DNA of 64,000 bases from Eledone cirrhosa (lineage: Eukaryota), in assembly GCA_964016885.1 (NCBI GenBank), contig OZ024741.1, positions 89,528,001 to 89,592,000 of the forward strand, written 5' to 3'. Made by a program: the position numbers and the translations under genes. The notes beneath the pieces were generated by a model. That model was not told the DNA's origin. It worked only from the letters and a program-made list of their open reading frames with translations, and did not search any database. This document shows positions 38,679 to 50,259 of this stretch, in pieces. How positions within the stretch are numbered: position 1 is the stretch's first letter; each line of letters starts with the position of its first letter.

Positions 38679-39161
38679 CAGTGGTTCTCAACCTTTTTTT
38701 GTCAACGACACACCTTGGAATACATGAAAAAATAGCGGCACACCTGGCTAAATATATATGAAAAATTTGAACTCTGAAAATTACGCTATTTTTCAAACAT
38801 TTTTTGTCATATCTCAGCAAAAATTAGGACTAGATGAAAAAGAAATATATCATTTGTCTCAGTTTTTTGGGGCACCTTAAGACAAGCATTGACCAATATC
38901 CATTCACATGATCAATACTAATGACAAACGAAACAATAAAAGATATAGAATTTTTAGCATTGCGACATTTGGAAACATTTCGCTCATCCCTAAATGAACA
39001 AAGCTATGTGGTGCAACATGTTACACCACAGACTGTGAATACTCAATTGGGATCACGTGGTTTTCCGCATTTTCTTAGTATGCCATTCAAAATTTTGTGG
39101 CACACTTAGGAAGATCTCACAGCACACCTGTGTGCTGCGGCACACTGGTTGAGAATCACTG
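38679..39161. mobile_element. hAT (Charlie-type) non-autonomous element
   Basis: TIRs CAGTGGTTCTCAACC / GGTTGAGAATCACTG; perfect 8-bp TSD AGTTAGAT at 38671-38678 and 39162-39169. Confidence 0.92.
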
Positions 39162-39343
39162 AGTTAGATGGTCAATGCCCATGACTTATACTCTTTTACC
39201 TGTTCCAGCCATCTAGCTGAGGCCATCCTGGGGCACCACCCTTGTAGACATTTCCAAACTGGTATGGATGATGTTTAGTTTGAATTTTTGTGAACTATTG
39301 TTAAGCTCCCAAACCAACCTTAATCCAGCTGATCTATGATTAA

Positions 39344-39543
39344 CCCTTTAGCATTTACATTACTCTACATTTACTATTATATTTTCACGGAAAAGGCTTT
39401 GCCTCACGTAATCTATGAGATTTGATATTATCTATTTTGAGAACAATACCTTAATATAAGTATAGGCAGCCAGTTACGGCAGGTTTGAACAGAAAGAGGT
39501 GAGAGAATTCTGGCCAGATATAGCCGATTTAAATGCTAAAGGG
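39344..39543. mobile_element. piggyBac-type MITE
   Basis: TTAA on both sides; TIRs CCCTTTAGCATTTA / TAAATGCTAAAGGG. Confidence 0.9.
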
Positions 39544-39584
39544 TTAAAGTTGTTCCAGCCATGACTATCCTATCATTTGGGGAT

Positions 39585-40040
39585 ATATAAGAAGGGTAGA
39601 TTGTATGATGTCTGTGTGAGGAGTGCAATGTTGCATGGCAGTGAGACATGGGTGGTAAAAGCAGAGGATATATTGAGGCTGGAAAAAAAATGAAGCAAGT
39701 ATGCTCTGTTGGATGTATGCAGTTAGTGTGCATGAACAATGGTGTGTGGATGAACAGAGAGTATAAGAGGAATCAGACGTTGAGTGCAAGAGAGAAGACT
39801 GTTGGTAAGGACATGTAATGAATATGGATGATGGTTGCTGGGTGAAGAGGTGCCAGGAGATGCAGTAGAGGCAGACTGAGGTAAACCTGGTCAGATGTTG
39901 ATTAGTGCCGATCTCTAAACGCTGAGCCTCAAAGATGAGATGATGAATATACATGAGTGGAAGCAGCAGGTTACGCTGGGAAGGACCTGATCAAACAATG
40001 CAAACAAGAAAAAGCAAATGTAAAATGATGATAATGATGA
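39585..40040 (+). pseudogene. Decayed RTE LINE 3' fragment
   Basis: GRLYDVCVRSAMLHGSETW...GHVMNMDDGCWVKRC with frameshifts; ends AAATGTAAAATGATGAT. Confidence 0.85.
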
Positions 40041-43000
40041 ATGCATTATCTAATCTGTCCTTTCTTTACTTAAGACAGACACTAAGGTACAATTTCAGGG
40101 AGATTGGCTACTACTTTTAGCAGGTTGAGGGACGATGTAAAGGCTCCCTCATTGGTGTAACTTCTCTAGGTTTGTGATGAGATATGATGAATGGGAGGAG
40201 GTTCCAGAGAGTTGTGGTTAGGAAAAACTGAGCAGTCTATGTAGCAAAAGTACTACCACTAGTTTTTAATTATTAGTTACATTAATCATCAGTTTTCATT
40301 GTTGTTGATATTCTCTTGGCAAGCCAACATTCAAATTTTTAATGAAAATCAATTTCATCACATCTTTTCTACTGCCTCTAGGAATATTTCCAACAATTTA
40401 ACATCACAAATATGGCTGGTTTCACTATGAGGTACTTTAAGTCATTAGAAATAGCAGCTGAGTCTCACATCAAATAACACTATATTGACTTTAAAAATGA
40501 GGAACATATTGGAAAATGTAGTCTTAGATACATCATCATCACCATTTAACATTCGTTTTCCCTGCTAGTAAGAGTTGGACACATTGTCATAGACCAAGTT
40601 CCTGCATTCTATAATGTACACTGGGTATATTTTATCATGGCACCACTATGGATGTTGTCCTTCCTATCACTAACCACTTTTGAGTGTGTTCTGCATGCAT
40701 TTTATCATGGTACCAACATTAGACAGGTTGCCATGCCCTTGATACAACTGCTGGATTTTTTATACTTCCCCCTTTCATTCACATTATTCCAAATCAATAT
40801 ATTCACAAACTCAAGCAATGTAGCCAGTCTGGTCAGGATACAACATACAAAAGATTCATAGACCAGTAGAAATGAATTCAACATCCTACACCACATGAAA
40901 CTACATTAACAAATCATTCTTAAAAAAAGTACAAAACAGCATTATGCCTGTATCACATTAAAAATTAAAGTCTTTAGTCTAATACAGCAATTTTTTACAA
41001 TCTGTCCACTAGTAAAGATACTATAAACATTTGAATTAACAAACCTGTCTTTATACATTTTCTGCTAAATCATTATAAGACGTTAAGAGTTAAAAACAAA
41101 TAGAGGGAATCAATAAAATGACTCTTTTATAAAATGAAATATCCTTTTTCGACACACACAAAACCACAAATTAGCGATGAAAAGTTCAGTTGACAATATC
41201 TTATAGGATACGATACTCAGAATGTAAAGTTATGTAACTAAATATTCCAAAGAATTTTGTTTGTTTGCCAATTAGGATGTCTTTGTGTGTGCTGCTTGAC
41301 ATATTCAAAATAACAATCAAATCATCTACAAATTACACTACCCACTTAAAAAAAGGACATGATGTGGTCACAGGTTCTCTATTCATAGGAAAACGACGGG
41401 ATAATCAGGGCTTACCTGGGACTAAACAACAAAAATAAAGACATTTCAGATGTTAACTGTTTTTTTTTTTATCAGCATAATACATTTGAGAGAAATATAG
41501 CAAAGTGGAATTTGAAGAAGATTTGGCTGCTATTTCTCAAAGACTAATGAACATGCTGAGTCTCCCACATTGGGATAGCATTATCCTGACAACTTATTAG
41601 TCCAATAACAACATGATTTAGTATTTGACTTTACATAGGGTTTTAAGTTCCTTGGGAACCTGGCTGACTCAAGGCCTAGAATCTCTAGATGTAATGCAGA
41701 ACAAGTCACATCAAAGTCTAGAAGCTGCAGGGAGTAATCTATTAAATGTCAGAAGAATGAACAGTTAAGATGATCCTAGTATGAAGGGAATACAAATTTG
41801 AATTTCAATTTGGCTGTCTGTACTACTCCCCCCCCCCCCCCCATGTTATGCAAACATCTGACACTCAGATTTAGTGCGGGGAAGGGATAGGATTTCCATT
41901 GGTTTTTATGAGTTATCCAGTTGTTTGATCAATGGGACAGTCAGCTTGTGAAATTAACATGCTAGTGTACTGTTAACGTAATTCTTAGTGAGATTCGTTG
42001 TGACACAGTGTACAAATTACAAGTATAACTCTATTTTCTAACTGAATGAACTGGAACAATGTGAAGTAAAGTATTTTGATCACAACGGGGTGCAAGGAAT
42101 CAAATTCATGATCTTGAGCCAAACACACTACCCACTAACTCACATGCCTTCATGAGACTTTCATACTATCAACTGGCTCTTTAATACCATTAGTAGAGCT
42201 TATTGTTGAAAGTATTTGAATCAGATAATCCCCACCCTGTACACTCCCATCAGCGCCTTTTGTACAAATTTTCTAGATTAGCACCATCAGCTGCATTAAT
42301 TCCACCTGAACCCTTTTGATAACCAAACTGACTGAAACTGTCCTAGATTTACGATATATTTTAAAATTTAACATCTTTCATCATAATATTTTAAAAAATT
42401 TTAAGCAGTTCTAAATATCCGCTTACTAATGAAAAACGTTTTTTAAATTCCTCCAAATTTTAGATTATTTTCAAAATTAATTGAAACTGTACTTCATTCG
42501 AAATACGGTAATGAAAGGATTAAAATAATGAGCACTGTTCCTCCAACTAAATTAATTTATTTTTAAATCATGCATTTTTTCAGGGAATTAGTAAAGATAT
42601 TAGTGAAGTGACAACTGTCAGGAATCCAGAGAAAATTTTCCCCCGTGAAAATCAAACAAAGCAGATAAAATCTGACCAGTTGTCATTTACAAAGTACCAG
42701 TCAAAAATGTTTACGGACATGGTTAGTTCACATTGCAATCATGCAGTACCAAGTTCGATACCATCGAGTAGAACCTTGAGCAAATATTTTTACCATAATC
42801 TTAGGTCAACAGAAACCTTGTAAATGGGTAGACGGAAAATGTGTGGAGGTCCGTAGGAATGGACTGTATCTGTGCATCACGGCGAGAGAGAACACAACAA
42901 CGCGGTTGTAAAACGGAATTCTTCACTATACAACCACGTCGGGTATCATTAACAATTGATCTAAGATGAAAACATCTCGTCCGATTCATGGGATTCATTG

Positions 43001-44523
43001 AGTGGCTCGTGTGTGTGTATGTGTGTGTGTGTGTGTATATATGAGCAGTGCATGTGAAATGAATCTGATGAATCAGACGATATATTAATTTCATTTTCTT
43101 CAAAAGATTATATTCGCTATTTCTCTAGTTAACTCCCTCGGCTCTATTTTTGGGGTGGGGTGGGTGGAGGGGGGGGGGGGTCTGTGTGATTTAGAAGCTC
43201 TTTTCGGAAATCCGAAAGTGAAACAGTTACAGCCAGTCACATATTCTTAAAGAGGGAGGGACCGGAGCGAAAATGAAAGAAAATTGAAATTTCGGAAAAA
43301 AAAGAAGAAAAAAACAATGAAAAAGTTAGGGGGGGAGTACTTGAATCGATTCTGTAGACCTCACCACTTCCAAAATTGTTAAGTCTGGTGCTCACGTAAA
43401 AAAAGATCATTGGTTTTGAAGCATATATTTAAAAAAAATTATAATAGGAGCCGCTCAGCACGACCATTTTGGGACGGTGCTTTTTAGATAATCGCTGAAT
43501 GATAACATTAAGCAGATTCTATAACAATACCCTGGCGCATTTGGGACTCATTCATTTTGAGAACAGAAACCGGTTAGAAAAGAAAATACCAGTATGCCGT
43601 TTTCTTCTTCATTCATTTTTATTGTTATTGTTCGTTTGCATTGTTCATTGTATGTGAAAGCATTCCAAATTGATATGAATTAAACCTGTTTGATAATTTT
43701 ATTAGAATAAGCGGCTTTAGATTAAAAAAAAAATTCATGTCAAAAGAAAAGCGAAACAAAATAACTAGACGAACATATTTCAATGGAAATTCCTCAGCAG
43801 ATCAATAATTAAATGATGATATACTGTAATAGACCAACATCTGTGGTCCACTGGCAACATGTTGATGACAAAGCATTTCACTACATATTTTGTTATTGCT
43901 GTTGTTGTTTGGCTTTAGGTCAACCCTGATCCAGCAGATATATAATCAAAGACGTTCTAAACCTGACCATCTAGTATTTTCCCCAGACATAATGTATATG
44001 GAATGACATGATCAAAAGTGTTTTTTGATCTTTAAAGAGAATTGGGTTAAATTTGAGGGGTATGGCCACACAGCGGTCCCTTCATTGCCTTGTGGGTGTA
44101 TGTGTATGATGCATACGTTGGATCGTCGTCAGAAACGATGACGAATGCTCCATTTGAAATTAACGTGTAAGTGGCTGAGCATTCCATAGACATGTGCACA
44201 CTTACGATCTTGATCCCAACACATTAACCACTACACCATGTACACACACACATATATATATATATTATATCTACATACATACAGTTAACACCCCACCCCC
44301 ACCCCACCCCTGCAATCCGAAGTCCGAGTAATCCACTGGTGATACGTAGCTGGTCAAGATTGTTGGAAGGTTGCAGTCCTTAAGTGCCAGGTACATTTCC
44401 ACACACACACACATATATATATATACATACACACATTATATATATATATATATACGTAAATAAGACCGTTATTAGTCCAATTAATTCACAAACACCCAAA
44501 ACAGAACGCCAACCTGCACTCAC

Positions 44524-44640
44524 GACTCTTCCTTAACCAAACCGCGACCTGCCCTCCGAACGCGGACTATTCACCTTCCCAAAGTCGGTATACCGAACCG
44601 GACCGCAACAGCCACCAAACGGGGAAGACAGACATTATCA
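44524..44640 (-). other. Candidate non-coding first exon of the VMAC-like gene
   Basis: CpG-rich unique sequence ending in the minus-strand donor GTC|GTGAGT at 44523-44518. Only short uORFs; the link to downstream exons is inferred. Confidence 0.35.
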
Positions 44641-46372
44641 AGCTGCATCTGTCATAATATAACAAGTATATAGCAGTAATTCAAAAACCTTTCACTACAA
44701 GGGATCCTTTTTATTTAAATGTATTTTTCTACGGACCCCCGATTATTTGTAATAGACCGAAAAAAAACAATGAAGGAAGAAAATGTATATATTTAGAGAA
44801 GAATGGATTCACACAATGACATGTGTCTACTATGTTTTTAATTTTGAATTTAGCTCACGGGCCCCATGGGCCTGCGGATCCTAGGATGTAGACTGCTGGT
44901 ATATAATATATCTAGTATATGATATAGAATATATGGTTTAGCACTCGTTTCTGTTTTATTGTAAGACAGTATATATTGGAATACATTGTCCAGTGTGTCC
45001 TTAAAAAAAAAAGATTAAGGAATCGTTTGATGGCGATGTCGCTGCTATTTCTAGCATGTGTTGCGACCGCGTAGGATTTCTCTCGTTGTTCCTAAAACTA
45101 TATTGTTTGTTGTTGCCTAGTATTGAAAACATCTACAGAAATAGAAGTACGAAAGAAGCCAAGTAGAAAATGATAGAAAGAAGACGTTTAGAAATGAAGC
45201 ATGAAGAACAAACCTGAAAGAAATGTGAACCTGGTACAGTTAGTATGGTATTAGCTTCTGTCACTTTACTACATCCAACTTCAGTTTATGTTGTAGAGAC
45301 GGCACGCAGACATCGTAATGTCATATTAGTAATAATAATAATATCAACAGAGAGAATTCTACAATGGATTTGACTTGTTTTTGTAGCAAAACACGTTTAT
45401 AAAAGACAAGAAAGTTATCGAAAATAATTTCCAAATGTTGTTAGTGTGAGGGAGGAAAGCGGGGGAAAGTATATTAAAAAAAGCCTTAATCAATAACCAA
45501 TTCTAGCAAATGTTAACATGTATCAACTTCCGGTGATGACGACTTAAGCGGAAGTTGATGTATGGTAACTTGTCAACTTTCAATACTGCTGACATAGCAG
45601 ATATCGACGCACGGCAACACACATATATACATGCATACATACTCGCATATAAACATAACGGGTGTGTGTAAATACACACCCATACGGTTGCACGCACACA
45701 TAATACACACGCATATGTATAACGTGTGTATACGGTACATACATACACATTACATAACGTGTGTATGTGTGCAAAATATATTTTGTATGGCAATCTTTCT
45801 TACATGTATTCAGTCACTAAAAAAGCAACTACAATTTCATGTTGTTAACATTATTTGTGTAATAATGATGATGATAATTATTATTACCATCTGGAGTGAA
45901 AAAATGCGTAGATTACATGGACAAAATGCCGTATGCTATTTCAGTTATGTCCCTTTTTATTCTAGGTTCAAATTACGCCGAGGTCAAACTTGCCTTTCAT
46001 TGAACACAGGTCGTTAAAATAAAGTACCAGTCGAGTACTGGAGTAAGTTTAATCGACTACACCAACCAACTACAAAAAAGAAGGAAAGAATCTGTAGGCT
46101 TGTGCCTATTACTAGAAAATACTATGATCATATGGAGCGACAACATATGTACAATCATGGACAAAATGCCTTGAGGTTTTCAAGTTACATCGCTTTCCAT
46201 TCTGAGTTCAAATCCCGCCGAGGCTGATTTCGCCTTTCATCCCTTGAGTTCGACAAAATAAAGTACCAGTAAATAATTGCGTACCCATCTCATTCTAAAT
46301 TAAAAGGCTATCTCAGAAAACATTAATGTTAAAAATTTTGTATTATTTCTTATACAGCTGTGAAACTACTGT

Positions 46373-46560
46373 CCAATCAGAATGAATTTTACTTTCATTT
46401 CCACTACTGTAAACCAATGAAACAATAGTTTATATCTAGTTATGTTTTATATCTAGGATGTTTTCTTTCAATCTTATTTTTACCTTCTTCTACTGAGAGG
46501 AGGAGGAGGGGGAGAAGGTTTGGATCAGCTTTTCGCGCCATTTTCTTGAAAGTGGCGCAT
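46373..46560 (+). promoter_or_regulatory. ASF1 promoter: two CCAAT boxes and an E2F site
   Basis: CCAAT at 46373 and 46414 (41 bp apart). TTTCGCGC at 46531-46538 overlaps GCCATTTT and is followed by CTTGAA and TGGCGC, about 170 bp upstream of the ATG. Confidence 0.7.
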
Positions 46561-46706
46561 TCCCCCCTATTTCGCCGAGTCGAAGAGTTGTTTTGCTCTC
46601 TCCTAGTCTTTATGTAAATAAGTCTATCGTGTATTGTTGCCTTTTTTTTCTCTCTTCCATTGTGTCGGTGAGGTTCTAATTGCTCCAGTGTTACCACAAA
46701 TTCGTC

Positions 46707-46815
46707 ATGGCCAAAGTTAATATTAGCAATGTGGTCGTCCTAGATAATCCTTCACCTTTTTTGAATCCGTTCCAATTCGAAATCACGTTTGAGTGTTTGG
46801 AAGACTTGCCAGAAG
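46707..46815 (+). CDS. ASF1: Histone chaperone ASF1, coding exon 1
   Basis: MAKVNISNVVVLDNPSPFLNPFQFEITFECLEDLPE; donor G|GTGAG; 109 nt, phase 1. Confidence 0.97.
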
Positions 46816-48235
46816 GTGAGAGTGGAATGATTATTATTGTTATTTCTTCATCATTTACATTTCTCTTTGTTCATTTAAAAACTATCGATAGCTACATTAT
46901 TTGTTTCAAACACCGAAATTCGAATTTAGTGCCACTTTACTTGGTGTGTAAAAGAGGGGGATAATAGTTACTACTATTTCTAAAAGTATTTAAAGTTTGA
47001 TGTTTCGTCTATAATATATTCTGTATTATATTTAATATTCATTTTTAAATGTTTGAAGTTTTCAAGTGAGTAAATATAACCATTCTGTTTATAATGCAAC
47101 TTCTTTCTTTCATATGCAGAAATATTACCAATCTAATCATTATTTCCGCCTAGAAGGGATTTGTACATTTCATTTTTTTTAAACCAGGATTTAGATATAT
47201 ATATATGTATTAATTAAAGCTTTTAAATAATTTTCAGATCTTAAATCTATTTAACTTGTACTCCATGGGAAAAGAAAAGAAATCTAGTCATTGCATTGTA
47301 TTAAGATATAAGTAAAACAGGAATCATCAATGCTCCGTTTCACTGTATGACGATGTAAGCCTAAAGTCGCGCACTTTTTTTGTTTCATTTAAACTAGTCA
47401 TTTAATGATATTTTGTAGAGCAATAAACTCTTCTAAAGTTCATTTTATTTTTTGCATCAAGTTTCTCTAAGTATTTCGTTAGGTTACGAGAGGTTTTATC
47501 TAGTTTATATTTGGTTGTCTTACCCAAGTTATTTAAATAAAAGTTGATCGTTTTCTTAGATTTTTCTCAGTTTCATGTCAGGGATATCCACTAAACTGAA
47601 CTGGTAGTAGTTGAAAATTTTAGTGTAGAAAAAATAATTAATAACTACTAAAGTAATTGAATGAAAGAACATTTCTAACCAATTTCTTAAATACTCTCCG
47701 GCGTAACCTGTTGTATAGACTCACAAAATAACGATTCTTCGTTTATAATTCTTACCCAACATTGATGTGTTAATACTTAAAGATTTGATAAATATCTTTC
47801 ATTTTAGTAGGCATCGATTGCTTTCACTCTGAAGATGTTTTTTATTATTTTTGTTAGAAAGTACTGCCAGAAGTATTTTTTAGATTATAATAAAGATGTT
47901 GATAATTTCCTCTAATTAAGATTACTGTATTATAATTGCACACGATAAAGATTATTGAATATTGTATAGTACGGTGAAATTGTTTCGTTTGGGGAGGTGT
48001 AATAATATCAAAACAAGTCCACAGTTGTCTCCCCGCAGTCTCCTTTAAAACTCAATATTGATTTCCAACAGAGGCACAACATCTCAAATGTTTGGGAAGA
48101 ACATTAATCGATTAAGTTCGCTCCGAGTTCCTCACTGATACTTACTTTATCAACATCGCTTTGTTCTCACCGTATATTTTTTTATAGTTAACTCTGCTAC
48201 TCCTTCCTTTATACAATGTTAACTTGCTTTCATGG

Positions 48236-49014
48236 ATGTACGTACTCGAATATAAGTCGATTCCTACTGAAAAGTAGGCAAAAATCCAAACCCGGTTTAT
48301 AAATCGATACAGCTAATCTACACATTGTGTTTAGATTGCGTAGTTTTGAAATTCGCATATTACTCTTTTACTCTTTTACCTGTTTCAGCCATCCGGCTGA
48401 GGCCATGCTGGGGCACCGCCCTATGTATATATATATGAAGTTTTAATATTTTGATGTTTAGAATATAGTTTTTGATTCACAACCCCCATTATGTAATGAG
48501 TTTCCATTGCGTTAAGTTTGAACAAGTTTCTCGAATTTTTGTTTACTTCTGGCCACTCACATGCTAAGAGTACTTTGAAAGCAAAAGATCGAAGAACTTT
48601 GGATTTGGGATTCATGGAGTAGAGGGTAAGGGAGATAGGGGAGAGGCAGAGTGAGAGCAATAAAATCAAATCAGATTTTAATCTTACATAAGATTGAAAG
48701 AAAGTAATATTAAGTCAGAGAAAAGCATGTATGTGTATGGGATATATTTATGTATTAAAAAGTTAAAATTATAAAAATCTGTTGGAAGGGAATGCATAAA
48801 TAACACCAATGACGATATAAATGTAGAAAAAGTGTTTCATTGTAAAATAATCACTCCAGATATTTTAGCACCTTATTTACATAGAATTTGAAGTTAATGA
48901 AAATCGTCAAAATATTGACCCCCAAATATAAGACCCCCCCCCCCCCCCCCCCTAGCGTTTTGGTGTCGCTTTTTTAAATCATATTTCTCTGCTTACATTT
49001 GAGTATATACGGTA
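48236..49014. mobile_element. Degenerate Tc1/pogo-like non-autonomous element
   Basis: TIR remnants TACGTACTCGAATATAAG / CTTACATTTGAGTATATACGGTA; a similar end at 21095-21125. Confidence 0.45.
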
Positions 49015-50143
49015 TGTGTGTGTTTTACAGCCCCCGCCCCCAAAGGATGAAAAGTCAAATCGATTTCTACTGGATTTGAATTTATCGTTAGGTTCATCCC
49101 TTGTCACCACCATCTATATCATTTCCACTGTAGGATAGCACAAAACGACGTTCTGCTATTTACAATAAATGAAATTTAGAAAATTGTGAAAGACCATTTG
49201 GGATAAAATTCTTTCTTGTTTTATTTTTTTAATTCGTTACGTCTTAATATCCGGTAATGATTTAGTAGAAAATATCTAAAAACTGCTTTGTTAATTCAAG
49301 TGTATAATACTAGTGGACAGATCGTTGTGAAAATTTGTAGTATTGGACTATAGTTTTTAATGTAATGCAGTCTTAGTTTTTTATACTTTTCAAAAATATC
49401 TTGCTAATGTGGTTTTATGTGGTACAGGACCTTAAGAGTTACAAGTTTTAAACAAACTTATGTTCAATATCCCAAGTTAATTCTGTAGCTATCATAGTGT
49501 TGTACTAATCTGTACTACTACCCCCCCCCCCCCCCATCTCACTGGTATGTTAATCTGCCATAAAATAAAACAATACAGTGAATGTATTGTAATATTCCCT
49601 TGTCCTTGTTACCATGTGTAGTCTTAAATTCTGAGTTGTGTTAGGGAGTATTTGAGATACGATTTCATGAAATAATCAAATGCCCTTTTTCTGTTTTGAA
49701 CCCCCCCAACTGTTAGCTACTCATAGGAAAGTTGATTTGATTCAGGTTTAAATTTGTGTGTGTGTTAGTATATATATATATATATATCATGATTTTACGT
49801 CCGCTTTTCCCTGCTTGCAAGGGTGGGACAGGTCCTATTCAGCACAGCGTCTCCCCACTTGTCACGGTCCTTAGTCAGCGGAGAGGGCACAGGCTCTTGA
49901 TCATTGCAAGCTCTTTTGGTGCTCAACTTGAGCACTAAAATGAAAACTGATGTAGGTAGAGATTGGACCAGTACCACATGGTTCTTATATTGGAAGATTT
50001 TAATTTAAATAAGAACCCTTTAAAATGGGTGGGGTTGTTTTATAGAACCAGAGCAAGTTTGGGGTGTATTGGTGTTAAAAGGGTAAATATTGTTCATCAC
50101 TGATTGATATTTCTCTCATTTTCTGTTTTGCTATATTTATTAG

Positions 50144-50259
50144 ATCTTGAATGGAAAATCATCTATGTTGGCTCTGCAGAAAGCATGGACTACGACCAAG
50201 TGCTCGATTCAGTTCTTGTTGGACCTGTTCCTGGTGGACGACATATGTTTGTGTTTCAA
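50144..50259 (+). CDS. ASF1: ASF1 coding exon 2
   Basis: ttAG|AT; (D)[38 protein letters not shown]|GTAAG; 116 nt. Confidence 0.97.

Noticed and set aside
43060-43085. Hammerhead ribozyme (CTGATGA)
   Set aside because: No matching stems and GAAA core; the same applies at 12341 and 12714.
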